64,000 bases of DNA from Octopus vulgaris (taxonomy: Eukaryota), in NCBI GenBank assembly GCA_951406725.2, contig OX597833.1:63922001-63986000 (forward strand). The letters run 5' to 3'. This document shows positions 43,484 to 57,272 of this stretch, one piece after another (the first letter of the stretch is position 1; each line of letters opens with the position of its first letter). The translations under genes were made by a program, and so were the position numbers. The notes under the pieces are model-generated. The model did no database searches, was not told the DNA's origin, and saw nothing but the letters and a program-made list of their open reading frames with translations.

Positions 43484-44224
43484 ATATATGTACGTGTGTA
43501 TAAGTATATACATTAATGTGTTTATATGTCCATATATATATATGTATATATACGTATATGTACTTATATATATATATATATGTATATTTATTGTATGTAT
43601 ATGCATGTATTGTATTTATGTGTGTATACATGTGTGTGCACGTGTATATATATATACATTATATACGTGTATATGTATATGTATACGTGTGACACTGCCA
43701 CAATTGGATTCGTTACACACGATTGCTCGCGATCGCCGAGTAGGAGGACCCGGTTTCTATGCGTGAGAAGATCAATTATAGGAAAAATACACACAGGTTT
43801 ATACATTAATCATTTCTTGATTCTGAACATAGATAAAACCAACACAATGCCAACTTTTCATGCATGACGTAATCGCAAGCTACGTGTGAACTGGGCTGTT
43901 TGAAAAATTGTAGGCGTTTACTTGTAATTCTGTGAATCATAGGATTGATATAATATGTGCAGACAAAATGGCGACCGAAATAATGGCAAGGGGAGGTAAC
44001 TTGTTGCTATACACTCATAAGTGAAATCGAAATTGGAAGAAGAAAAAAAAAATAGACAAAAAATTAAATATAGTATTTCGAGATAGAAATAATATTAATA
44101 AATATATGAGTGTTTGAAAATGCTTATTTTTAGTTTGTCTTCTCATCTTGCTCGCTGTCCTCTTCCCATTCTTTCCTCCCCCGCCATCCGGCTCCTGCTG
44201 CTGCACGTCCTTCTGCTCCGCCTT

Positions 44225-44288
<64 letters not shown>

Positions 44289-44377
44289 AACTACTACAAC
44301 AACAACAACAAATAAGGATAATAAAAACAATAGCAATAATAATAATAATGATAATAATAATAATGTTAATAATAATC

Positions 44378-44530
44378 CTTTTTACTAAAGGCACAAGACC
44401 TGAAATTTGGTTATATCAACCCCAATGTTTCACTGGTAGTTATTTAATCGACCCGAAAGGATGAAAAGCAAAGTCGACCTCAACGGAATTTGAACTTAAA
44501 ACGTAGCGGCAAACGAAATACAGATAAGTA
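44378..44530 (-). mobile_element. SINE family C fragment
   Basis: ATCGACCCGAAAGGATGAAAAGCAAAGTCGACCTC...GAATTTGAAC. Confidence 0.75.
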
Positions 44531-45014
44531 TTTGTAGAGGGATGGATCAACTCCACTCCATCGATCCCTGTACTTAACTCGTACTTAAACGATTGAATCT
44601 GAACGGATAAAAATGACGAAGCAATCCTCAGCCGGTTTAGCAACTTTAGTTTACGCAAACTAAACAAGTTTAAGAGAATCGTTCGAGTGTTACAAAATGA
44701 CGCCCACTGGCAATTAGTCACGTCATTTATCGTTCTGAGTAATAATGTCGCGAGAGCTCACTTTGTGTTTTTCAGTCCTTAAACACCACCTACACACGGT
44801 CTTATCAGAAGAAACCGATATTAGACTTTCCGGTTCGGTTCTCATGCGTGGCCAGTTGAGACTAGATGTTATCCAACTATTTCATTCTTGGTCGACGCCT
44901 AGGTCCCTTGCTTGCTGGCTGTCATGCTATATTCTAGTCATACAAAATTGACACGGACACTTACAATTATTCGCACAAACACAGACTCATACAAGCTATA
45001 AAACGTGCACACAT

Positions 45015-45732
45015 ACGAGGCCTGATCAATAAGTACCCGGACTGCTGCCATAGTAAGGAAACTAAAGCATGTAGAGTAAAGCCGCTTGGTAAAGATTAAG
45101 CTTCAACACTGCTCTGCATGGGCACTAAATTTCAACGTTCTATCTCACTTCCGAAGTTTGCAACATGGCCAAAAAATTTCGATATTGACGAATATTCTGG
45201 GAGATCCTCAAACAACAGAACTGAGAAAATTATGGCAGATGCGCGTGCAGGTGAGAGAGGAAATCGTCGAATCCACGATCCCTGAATTATCAGAGGATAT
45301 GCAGACAAGTTGGGGTTAAATTCAGTCAATTATCACTGAAGATTTTGGTATGAGACGGGTGTCTGCCAGGTTTGTGTCAAAACTGCTTTCAATTGACCAA
45401 AAAAATACACGGGTTTCAGTTGCACAAGATCTTGATTGTGTCTAGAACGATGAAAACTATTTGAAAACTTTGCATTAGCCTCTGAGCAGGTATCGCCAAA
45501 CTTTTGGCATTATTTGATGCAGATTCTCTGCTCAACCTTATGTGTCATTGTTACACACTACACGCCTTCCTTCCAAGCACTGCAGTAAATAGAGGAAGTG
45601 AGCTAGAACACTAAAACTTAGTGCGCATGCACAAAAGCGTTCACGGTCAATCTGTGCCAAGGGACTTCACTCTGCGGGCTTTAGCTTCGTTACTACAACA
45701 ACAGCCTGGATATCTATTGACCAGACCACGTA
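45015..45732. mobile_element. Non-autonomous mariner with TIRs, TA ends and an internally inverted transposase fragment
   Basis: TIRs TACGAGGCCTGATCAATAAGTACCCGGAC / ...CCTGGATATCTATTGACCAGACCACGTA. Plus strand reads TIPELSEDMQTSWG*IQSIITEDFGMRRVSARFVSKLLSIDQK. Minus strand reads VEQRICIK*CQKFGDTCSEANAK. Confidence 0.85.
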
Positions 45733-45734
45733 CA

Positions 45735-46030
45735 TAAGCTGAACTATTGAGAAATCTGCTGTTAATCTATACAGATTACAAGTTTGGGTTTATACCTGTA
45801 ATTATTGAGGACATGGGATATGCAACACACTGCCTAAATACCAATCTTGAGAAATTAGGTTTCCCGAAATCAGAAAGGAGAAAGCCGATTCGAAGACTAC
45901 AGATCCAATCCATCACTGGAACTGTAAAAATCTGTAAAACTTTCCGGAAGTTTATCATTTAAGTATATACGAGCATGTCTAGATATGCAACTATATGCAT
46001 GAGAATACATACATAAAGCTAAAATACAAA
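45735..46030 (+). mobile_element. 3' end of an RLE-type (R4/Dong-like) non-LTR retrotransposon
   Basis: AELLRNLLLIYTDYKFGFIPVIIEDMGYATHCLNTNLEKLGF...LQIQSITGTVKICKTF resembles the PVIIGALG...LQ...L.GT C-terminus. Followed by (ATAC)n. Confidence 0.6.
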
Positions 46031-46991
46031 TCTACGCACATACATACATACATGCATACATACATACATACATGCATACGAACATTGATACATACATACA
46101 TACATACATACATACATGCATACGTACATTGATACATACATACATACATGCAAACATACATACATACATACATATATACACACATACATACATGCATAAA
46201 TACATACATATATACATACATACATATATACATGCATACATACATGCATGCATACATACATGCATACATACATACATTCATGCATACATACATGCATACA
46301 TACATACATTCATGCATACATACATACATACATACATGCATACATACATACATACATATGCATACATACATACATACATACATACATACAAACAAAATTT
46401 CAAATATGTAGGATATGTCCACATGTCAGTATGTATGTGTGTGCGTGTGTGTGTGAATATATATGTCTATATATCAATATAAGTATGTGTGCATACACGA
46501 CCAACATTTCCTTAAGGCATCGCCATTTTTTGTTGCGTATTTTTGCGTCTGACGTGGCTTCGGTTCCTTGAAGTAATTGATCTCGTTACGACCTAATTGC
46601 CATCTATTCAACATAACCAATTGTGTTTTTTTGGTACTTCATGACGTAGGCCAATTCTTGTCATTTGACATCCTTAGAAAATGCGTTCTGAAAGAACATC
46701 GTGCATGCGCATACACATATACATACATACACACACACACAAACACACGCACACAAAGAGGTACACACACACACACGCACGCATGTATATACTGACGCAC
46801 ACATATATGTACACACAAACACACAAACAGAGGTGTACACCCAAGCACGCATACACTGACGCACGCACATACACACAGATATACACATACAAACACACAC
46901 ATACATACATCACATACACACATACATATATATATATATATACATATATTTATATATACATTTATACATACATATATGAATACATACATAC

Positions 46992-47059
<68 letters not shown>

Positions 47060-47062
<3 letters not shown>

Positions 47063-47210
47063 GGCAGGTAAATGAACAGCAATTAAGGGCATTAGTTTGA
47101 TCCTCGAAAAAAATGAAAAAGTCTTTTATGTTTCGAGCCTACGCTCTTCAGCAGGAAGTAATAAGGGAAAATAAACAGAGAGAGAATGAAAATATCGTGT
47201 AGAGTTCAGC
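47060..47210 (-). mobile_element. HHR element family 2 (motif at 47121-47158)
   Basis: Minus strand: CTTC-CTGCTGA-A-GAGC gtag GCTC-GAAAC-ATA-AAAGAC. Adjacent to (TA)n. Confidence 0.6.
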
Positions 47211-47499
47211 TGTCCAACATGGCGAATGACTGGAAAGAAAGTGGTCGAAAGAAGGAGATACTATAATAAAAATGAGGTTGAATCAAAGGGAGATAATAAT
47301 AGTAATGCCAACAAGAGCTGTGGGTGCATTTATGTGCGAATGGTGGGTGTAAGTGTGTATGTATGTCAATAGGAGCGAGTGACTCTGACGTGTATGTGTG
47401 TGTGCGTGTGTAAAATGTGTGTTTGCGTGTGTGTTGTATGTAGCTGTTGAAGCGCGCTTTTTCACGTAGTGTGTGCACATGTGTGTGCATATGTATGCA

Positions 47500-47604
47500 T
47501 CCCAATGCGTGGCATCTTGGGCAAATGTCTTCTGCTATAGCCCCGGGCCGACCAAAGCCTTGTGAGTGGATTTGGTAGACGGAAACTGAAAGAAGCCTGT
47601 TGTA

Positions 47605-47645
<41 letters not shown>

Positions 47646-47855
47646 TTGTGTGTCTGTGTTTGTCCCCCTAGCATTGCTCGACAACCGATGCTGGTGTGTT
47701 TACGTCCCCGTCACTTAGCGGTTCGGCAAAAGAAACCGATAGAATAAGTACTGGGCTTACAAAGAATAAGTTCCGGGGTCGATTGGCTCGACCTAAAAGG
47801 CGGTGCTCCAGCATGGCCGCAGTCAAATGATTGAAACAAGTAAAAGAGTAAAAGA

Positions 47856-47857
<2 letters not shown>
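47500..47857 (+). mobile_element. SINE family A (5'-truncated); another head fragment at 48440-48560
   Basis: Matches the family A consensus. Confidence 0.85.
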
Positions 47858-47913
<56 letters not shown>

Positions 47914-48305
47914 ATGCTTGTGTGTTTGTCTGTGGCCAAACAGTGTGCAACATGTATAAGCATATCTGCATATCTATATTGTGCTTTGCATTTATTCGCT
48001 TTGCAGGATTGCTTATGCGAACTTCTGTGATGAAACATTTTTAAACGTCTCTGGTGAGTCATTGTGCCAAGAATAATTAATACATTCTCTGGTTGGTTGT
48101 AATTCATTTGTCTGCTATTTATTTCTCAATTGTTTAACTATTTCACTAATTAACTAATGGGTTATTTTATTAATGGTGCGGTCGGGCAATCAATCAACTA
48201 TGATTGTCATAGACTTTTCATCGTTCATCGCGACCGCTAACCGGACTCGACTCCTCCACCACAGATATACTTCAGCTCTTCTGGCATATCTGCCTATCTA
48301 TTTCT

Positions 48306-48363
<58 letters not shown>

Positions 48364-48738
48364 CTGTTTGTTTATCTATTGGCTGTCTGCCCGCCTGTCT
48401 GTCTCTCTCGCAGATTGGTGATTCTGTATTGATATCGTTGCAGGGGTGACTTGCTTACCAACCACATGGTTCCGTGATCAGTCCCACAGTATGGCACCTT
48501 GGGCAAAGGCCAGTGTCTTCTACTATAGCCTCGGGCGGGAAACTGAAAGATATCCGTCGTGTATATATATATTTCTTTAAAAATTTATAAATTTTAACTT
48601 TAGATATAAATAATTTAAATTTTGAATATTATATTTTATATATTTTGTATATTATATTAACTAATTTTATTTCTATGTATTGGTTTATGTTTTTCACTGT
48701 TTGATTTGCCTAATAGTGGTTTTATCTCTAATTTAATT

Positions 48739-48779
<41 letters not shown>

Positions 48780-49470
48780 ATATATATATATATATGTATG
48801 TTTGTATGTATATACATATATATGTATATATATGTGTATGTGTGTGTATGTGCGTGTGTGTGTGAGTGTATGTTTAAGTGTGTGTGTGCGTAAGTGTATT
48901 CTTAAGTGTGTGTGTGTGTGTGCGTTAGTGCAGGAAGGATGAAATGGATCAACTTACAATTTAATTACTCTTCGCCTTATATTTCAATGACTCAAAAGAA
49001 AGAAGGAAACTGAAAACCGATGAAGTCCACATCAGCCACGCACATAAAACACAGTTCCGAACATCCACAACACACACACAGATGTGTGTTTAACATACCA
49101 GCGTATAATTATCAATGCTACTCACTTACTAATGCACGTATACCAACCTATAAATCACTAATTTGTAATTGAACCCGTACTATCCCCTAAAAAGCTACAA
49201 ACGATGGACTATATACTCTACACGCAATGGCGCCCACACCATCATACACAAAGTCCAATGAAAATGGCGGACGATTAAATTAAACCATAAAATAAATCGA
49301 CGAGAAATTAAACGCTTTGACATCCACATTTTTCACAAGAGCTGCATCACACATAGAGTAGTTTTCTACAGCATTTTTCCTAAGGTCCCCTTTGTTTTCT
49401 GTTTTATTCTACAGGATCCCTATAGATATTCCATTTCTAAAATATTTCCTATTATGTTTTTATATTTAAA

Positions 49471-49868
49471 CTAGCAGTATCGCTCGGCGTTGCTCGGGTT
49501 TGTAAGGGAAATAACTATATAAGCATTTTTAGAGAGTTATAGCCAAAAAATAGCAAAAAAATACATTAAAAATGGAAAAAAAATGATGGTAATTTTTTTA
49601 AAAAGTCTTTGACTCATCGTAGACATTTTTAGAGAGTTACTTCCCTTATATTATTGCGAAAAAATGCATTAAAATGGAAAAAAATGATGGTAAATTCTTT
49701 TAAAAATCGTAGACTCAACGTAGACGCGCGCTAATACCCAGAAGGGCTCGATATGAATCACGACTATAAGATACCCGGTTTTGGTTAAACTGCACCGCAA
49801 AATGTGGGAGTAGTTAGGAATCTAAATCGTAGGAGACAGACACACAACTTGACTTTTATATATAAAGA
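49471..49868 (-). mobile_element. Non-autonomous Helitron
   Basis: Minus strand: A|TCTTTATATATAAAAG ... CCCGAGCAACGCCGAGCG hairpin-ATACTG-CTAG|T. Internal ~100-bp tandem duplication at 49524-49725. Confidence 0.8.
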
Positions 49869-50014
49869 TTAAGAACTGTATGAAAGAAATCAAAATATCT
49901 TGCTTATTATAGAAGTACGAGCAAAACGCCCCTCCCTCGTCCAATGGACGGTGCTGAGTTGTCAAACATTTAAACATTTAAACCAGATTTTCTCAAAAGA
50001 ACTTGTCTGACAAC

Positions 50015-50105
50015 TGTCTTGCTCAAGGACACAACGCGTCGCCGGGAATCGAACTCACAACCTTACGATCATGAGTCCAATGCCCTAAGCACTTAGACAC
50101 GCGAT
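50015..50105 (-). mobile_element. tRNA-SINE head fragment
   Basis: Minus strand has B-box GAGTTCGATTCCC followed by GTCCTTGAGCAAGAC. Confidence 0.55.
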
Positions 50106-50282
50106 CTCAGATGTATGTATGTATACATACATAAATGCATACATACATGCATGTATGTATGCATAAAAGTATCTATGTCTCTATGTATGTATGTTTGTGT
50201 GTTTGGAAGTATATAAGTTAAATAAGTACACCGAAGAAGCTCATAATTATCTTTACACTAGGCATATGTGCTTGTATGTACA

Positions 50283-50329
<47 letters not shown>

Positions 50330-51771
50330 GTATATATATATGTCTGTGTGTGTATACATATGTGTATATATATATATGTACATCCATTTATATATATATA
50401 AATGTACACACATACAGCACACCCACATACACACATATATACATACGTACATACATAGTGCATACGTATGTATAGTGTAAGCTTATACACACTGCTATAC
50501 TTTTTGTGTGCATATTCAATATATCAGGATATAATACACAACACACTCACATAATCACACTCAAAAATTCATTAATACACACACACACACAAAAACACAC
50601 ACTCTCTCTCTGTCTCTTAGAATTCTCACATAGCGTCTGGTCATCTGGCTAGTGATTTATATATACATAAATGTATTCGACATTCTTTATAGTATTAATA
50701 ATTTCTTACACGTTCGTAATATCACATAATATTACTATCTTTATTATATAATACATAATTTTATAACACAATGCTATCGTAATACCATGTTTAATTGCTA
50801 GCTTAGTATCCCAGATTAGCTGGGATATTTATGGCGCAATATAGCTGTTGAAAAACATGGTGGTGGTGGTGGCAGGTGATGGGGTGGCAGCGTTATTGTT
50901 GATGCTGGAGGTGGTGGTGATGGTGGTGGTGGTGGTGGTGTTGATGGTAGTGGCGATGTTGAATGTTGTAATGATGCTGGTAGCGATGTTGTAATGATGT
51001 TGGTGGTGGTGGTGGTGATTGTGGTGGTGATGATGAGAATTACTGTGATGGCACTGCGATGCTGGTCAGCTGTCGTTGTGGTGGGTTGTCTTCGGTGGTG
51101 GTGGTCGTAACGATGCTGTTCGTGTTGGTGTTGGTGGTGGTTATAGTGTTGGTTGTCGTTGCAGTGATGGTCGTGGATGATTATCGTAGTGCTAGTGGCG
51201 GCACTGATGGTGGTGGTGGTGGCGGCGCTGACAGTGGTGGTGCTGCTGATGGTGGTGGTGGTGGTGGATGGTTATCGTGGTGGTGGCGCTGATGGTAGTT
51301 GATGGTTATCATAGTGGTGGTGGTGGTGGTGGTGGTAGCGCTGATAGTGGTGGTGATGCTGACGGTGGTGGTGGTAGCGCGGATGGTGGTGGATGGTTAT
51401 CGTAGTGGTGGTGGCGGCGGAGCTGACAGTGGTGGTGCTGTTAATAGTGATGGTAGTGGATGGTTATCGTGGGAGTGGCGCTGATGATGGTGGATGGTTG
51501 TCATGGAGGGTGTTTTGGGCGCTGGTCATTGGTCGTGGTGATGGGTTGTCTTGCATGTGTTCCTTCTCATGGTGGTGTTTCTTTGCGGTGGTGGATCATT
51601 GTTGATGTGGTGGTGATAGAAGCAGTGGAGCTGTCTTGGGGTTTGAGGTGATGGGTACGTCTGGGTACTGGTGCTAGGCTCCCGTGATGGTGGGTGTTGA
51701 TGGTGGGGTAGATTATTGTTGTTGTTGTGGCAGTAGTGTTTGTGGTGGTCGATATAAAGAATACGTAACGT

Positions 51772-51994
51772 TTATTTTTTACTTGTTTCAGTTATTTGCC
51801 TGCGGCCATGCTGGTGCATTACCTTGAAAGGTATTTAGTCGAAGAAATTGATCCAAGGACTTACTTTTCTTTAAAACCTAATAATTATTTCAACAGTATC
51901 TTTTGCCAAACCGCTAAGTTAGGGGGTGTTAGGGGGACATAAACACATCAACACCGGTCTTCATGTGGTAGCAGGGGACAAACACAGACACATA

Positions 51995-52047
<53 letters not shown>

Positions 52048-52355
52048 ACAAACACACACACACACATATGTATATAGGGGGAGAGTTCACAAAAAAACTA
52101 AAGACGAAGACAGGTGGTGTACAAAACAAACAAATGTATTAGTATAACGCTCAAGAATAGGAAATGTATTTTACGTTTCGAGCCTACGCTCTTCTACAGA
52201 AAGGGACACAGGAAAAAACAAGGAGAGAAACAAGGAGAGAAAAAAAAAATATATATATACGACGAGCTTCTTCCAGTTTCCGTCTACCAAATCACACTTG
52301 GCTAAGGTGCCCCGCAGTGGGACTGAACACGGAGCTTCTTACCACACAATCACGC
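51772..52355 (-). mobile_element. SINE family A with an HHR element nested in its internal microsatellite
   Basis: Tail 51772-51990, (CA)n, insert 52076-52250, head 52258-52355. Confidence 0.75.
52076..52250 (-). mobile_element. HHR element family 2 (motif at 52166-52203)
   Basis: Minus strand: CTTT-CTGTAGA-A-GAGC gtag GCTC-GAAAC-GT-A-AAAT. Confidence 0.7.
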
Positions 52356-52827
52356 CGTCAATATTTCTTGACAAATGATTTTGGTCTGTTTGCGGCTCCG
52401 TAACATCAGCAGTTTAGCAAAACATGTCGATAGACTAAGTAACAACCGTAAAAAGAAAGATGCAACGGGCGGCAATTTGCTCCAGTATGGTCGCAGGCCT
52501 GAGACGGAAACAAATAAAATACAAACAATAAAATATCCTTAAAAAAACCCTGCTAACATAAATATAAACAAACAATAAACTTACGAATTCTACGATGCTT
52601 GACATTCATTTTTGGATAATATTTAGGATATTCCGTAACCTTTAATTCTAGAATCTTTGAAGTTCTACGCATATTTTCCCGCATTCACGTTTTAATTAAT
52701 TGCTCTAAACTATTGTTTAGGTTAAAGGTTACCAAAGGTTCAACGATAAGATTATTTATCACGTATTTTCACAGAATATCTCGTTCTCTCGCCAATATTT
52801 TTTCTCACATAATATTAGTCGTGGATA

Positions 52828-53640
52828 AGGCGGCAACTTGGCAGAATCGTTGGCACGCCGGGCGAAATGCTTAGCAGTATTTCGTCTGCTGTTAAGTTCT
52901 GTGTTCAAATTCTGCCAAGGTCGACTTTGCCTTTCATCCTTTCGGAGTCGATAAATTAAGTACTAGTTACGCACTGGGATCGATGTAATCGACTTAATCC
53001 GTTTGTCTGTCCTTGTTTGTCCTCTCTGTGTTTAGCCCTTTGTGGGTAGTAAAGAAATAGGTATTTCGTCTGCCGTTACGTTCTGAGTTGAAATTCCGCC
53101 GAGGTCGACTTTGCCTTTCATCCTTTCGGGGTCGATTAAATAAACACCAGTTACGCACTGGGGTCGATATAATCGACTTAATCCGTTTGTCTGTCCTTGT
53201 TTACCCCTCTGTGTTTAGCCCCTTGTGGGTAGTAAAGAAATATGTATTTCTTCCGTCTTGACTTCTGAGTTCAAACTCCGCTGAGATCGACTTTTCCTAT
53301 TGCATTTCGGGATTGATCAAATATTTAGCAGTTATGCACTGGGATCAATGTAATCGACCTAATCCCTTCCTCCAACTTTGAGACCTTTTACTTCCGGTAG
53401 AAAGAATCCTTAGCATGCTAGTCGAAATGCTTAGCGGTATTTCGTTTGTTCTGAGTTCAAATTCCGCCGAGGTCCACTTTGCCTTTCATCCTTTCGGGGT
53501 CGTTAAAATAAGTACCAGTTGATTTACCTTCCTCCTCTGAAATTGCTGGCCTTGTGTCAAAATTTGAAGCCAATATTAGTAGTATGTTATGCAGCGATAG
53601 CACGCCGAGGAAAATGCCTAGCGGCTTTTCGTCCAACCTT
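52828..53640 (+). mobile_element. SINE family C multimer cluster (~184-bp body repeated)
   Basis: The body restarts at 52877, 53061 and 53244. Further diverged copies run to ~53640. Confidence 0.85.
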
Positions 53641-54290
53641 ACGCTCACAAACATGTGCGCACACACACATACACACACACATACACACGCACACACACAC
53701 AGACACACACATAAAGTTACTTACTGAAGATGAAGCGTCAAGCGTTGTGCGTCACTTTCCATTCGTTACTTATGTTCAGTGATTTTAAGCACTAAGCATC
53801 TATACGAGATGCCCTCTCAGAAAAAATACCGCAGTATTACAGTGTTCTTATAATACATCCTCCTTATATAAGATATTTATATGAGATATAAATATTACCA
53901 TGTGTATATATATATAGCAACATCAACAGACCAAAAGTCCACCACCAAACAAACCGACGCCGCCAAGACCACAACGACGATGAAGAAGAAGAATAGGAAG
54001 AAGAAGAAAAAGAAGAAAAAGAAGAAGAAGAAGAAGAAGGAAGAAAACAACAAGAAGATAGAACAACAACAATAACACCACCTCCAACAACAACAACTAC
54101 GAGGACACTGAGATATCATTCAGGCGTTGACCGGAAACTAAATCAGTAGATTCAAGGAGAGAGGTCTAGAGATAGCAAGCAAACACAATGTAACTGCTTC
54201 CGGTTTGTTTGCGTTTTCACTTGATCAGCGCCATGTTGATTTTGTGATCTGAAACTTGGCAACAGATGGTCGCAGCAGACATAATATGCA

Positions 54291-54346
<56 letters not shown>

Positions 54347-54552
54347 ATAGAGAGAGAGAGAGAGAAGGAGAGAGAGAAAGAGAGAGTGAGAGAGATTGAT
54401 ATCAAAATGAAAATAATAAATGGATGTCATAAATAATGTTACTGTTTCCTGTATGTATTTTTGTGTCTCTGCTAATACAAATATGGAAATATATACACCT
54501 ACATATATACACATATGTATACACACACATAGCCCAAGACACATACAGACTA

Positions 54553-54607
<55 letters not shown>

Positions 54608-54612
54608 AATAC

Positions 54613-54779
<167 letters not shown>

Positions 54780-54826
54780 CATACATACATACATACATAT
54801 ATATATATAATATATGTAGCTATATT

Positions 54827-54884
<58 letters not shown>

Positions 54885-55252
54885 CATACATATACATGCA
54901 TATACAGACAGACACACACACACCACACACACACATATGCTGTATTCCCTTTCGCTTTTATGAGTTTCTCTTGCTGTGTCTCTATGTAATTGAGTAGTTA
55001 ACAAGTTGATAAAAGTATTTGATAAATATATTTGATAAAAATGTTTGATAAATATATCAGCGCAAGAAGCAGAACTGGCGGCTTTCATGTGGCGCTGGTG
55101 GTGGCGGTGGTGATGGTGGTGGCGATGGTTGTAGTGGTGGTAGTGGTGGTTGTCGTGACGGTGGTGTTGGAGTGAGCGCTAGACTCGGTGGTAGTGCTGC
55201 TGGTTATGTCGATGTTTGCATGCTGCAGGCGTGATATTTCTTCGTTCGTCCT

Positions 55253-55341
<89 letters not shown>

Positions 55342-56337
55342 GGTGGTAGTGGTGGTGGTGGTGGTTTTAGTAGCAGCGCTGATTGTGATGCCGGTGATGT
55401 TTGTAGTGGTGGTGGTTGTGGTGGTAGTGGCTGTTTTGGTGATGTTTCTAGTGGCTGTGGTCTTTGTGTTGGCTGTGGTCTTTGTGTAGGCGGTGGTGGT
55501 TGTGGTGGCGGCGGTGGTTGTAGTAGCGGCGGTGGTTGTGGTGGTAGTGCTTATTTTGGTAGGGATGTTTGTAATGGTGGTCGTTTTATTGACTGTGGTC
55601 ATCGTCTAGGCGGTGGTGGTTGTGGTGGCGGCGGTGGTTGTGGTTGTAGTGGTAGTTTTGGTGTTGAGGGTGTTTGTGGTAGTGGTGGTGATGTTTTAGG
55701 TGCCGGCAGTGGTGGTGGTGGTTGTGGTGTCAGTGGTGGTTTTGATGGTGATGGTAGTTTTGGCGATTGGGGTGGTAGTAATGCTCTTGAGTGTATTGGT
55801 GGTTTCTGTGATGGTGCAGGAAGCAATTCCAACTTTTCGAATTATATCTGTTGACTCTGGGCGTTTTACAATGAAACTTTCTGTAACAGGCTCCCCCAGG
55901 GATTTGAAACCCCTACTCCAAATTACAATAGCGTCATACAGCTTCTAAGACACTAGTTGCTGATGTCACGTCAGACAAAACCAATGAATTGTTTTCTCTG
56001 GTCAGAACCGGATTCTTAGAAAAATCAGTGAATTCTTGAGGGAACCAACCAGCCGGAACGCCAGATAACCATCGTGCAAAGACAGGTTACCGAGTCCCTA
56101 CCAGGAAGTCAACCGAGCGGAACGCTGAACTTACCAAAACGAAAATATTTTGTCGAAAACGGAAAAATATTTTCGACCAAAATAAGGTGACGTCACGAAA
56201 CTTTCAGCTTATCAGAACTTATTCCTTGACCATTATTTTTATTATTATAATTTACAGAATTTTCAAAACTGACCGTTTCTTCATTTAGCGCACAGACATA
56301 TATAAACACACACACACACAAACACACATACGCACAT

Positions 56338-56399
<62 letters not shown>

Positions 56400-56409
56400 A
56401 CGGGTGTGT

Positions 56410-56616
56410 TCTTTTATTCTTTTACTTGCTTCAGTCATTTGACTGCGGCCATGGTGAAGCATGGCCTTTAGTCGAACAAATCGACCCCAGGACTAAATTT
56501 TTGTAAGCCTAGCACTTATTCTATCGTTTGTTTTGCCGAGCCGCTAGATTACAGGGACGTAAACACACCAACATCGGTTGTCAAGTGATGGTGGGGCGAC
56601 AAACACAGGCACACAA

Positions 56617-56691
<75 letters not shown>

Positions 56692-56820
56692 GATGGGCTT
56701 CTTTCAGTTTCCGTCTACCAAATCCACTCACAAGGCTTTGCTCGGCTCGAGGCTGTAGCAGAAGACACTTGCCGAAGGTGACAAGCATTGGGGCAGAACC
56801 TGCGACCATTTGGACACGCA
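56410..56820 (-). mobile_element. SINE family A
   Basis: Matches the consensus; the head is eroded. Confidence 0.85.
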
Positions 56821-56892
56821 TTCATCTTTTATGAAGATTCCCTATGTATGTATGTATGTATGTATGTATGTATGTATGTATGTATGTATGTG

Positions 56893-57272
56893 TGGAGGCG
56901 CAATGGCCCAGTGGTTACGGCAGCGGACTCGCGGTCATAGGATCGCGGTTTCGATTCCCAGACCGGGCGTTGTGAGTGTTTATTGAGCGAAAACACCTAA
57001 AAGCTCCACGAGGCTCCGGCAGGGGATGGTGGTGATCCCTGCTGTACTCTTTCACCACAACTTTCTCTCACTCTTACTTCCTGTTTCTGTACCTGTATTT
57101 CAAAGGGCCCGCCTTGTCACTCTCTGTGTCACGCTGAATATCCCCGAGAACTACGTTAAGGGTACACGTGTCTGTGGAGTGCTCTGCCACTTGCGCGTTA
57201 ATTTCACGAGCAGGCTGTTCCGTTGATTCGGATCAACCAGAACCCTCGTCGTTGTAACCGACGGAGTGCTTC
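56893..57272 (+). mobile_element. tRNA-Arg-derived SINE, tail type 2 (octopus OR-like)
   Basis: GGAGGCGCAATGGCCCAGTGGTTACGGCAGCGGACTCGCGG head. Inserted in (TATG)n. Confidence 0.9.

Noticed and set aside
55216-55854. Gly/Cys-rich 212-aa ORF
   Set aside because: Degenerate (GGT)n/(AGT)n repeat that is also open on the opposite strand, with a non-ATG start.
56893-56965. tRNA-Arg gene
   Set aside because: The acceptor stem is not formed and the sequence continues into a SINE body seen in several copies.
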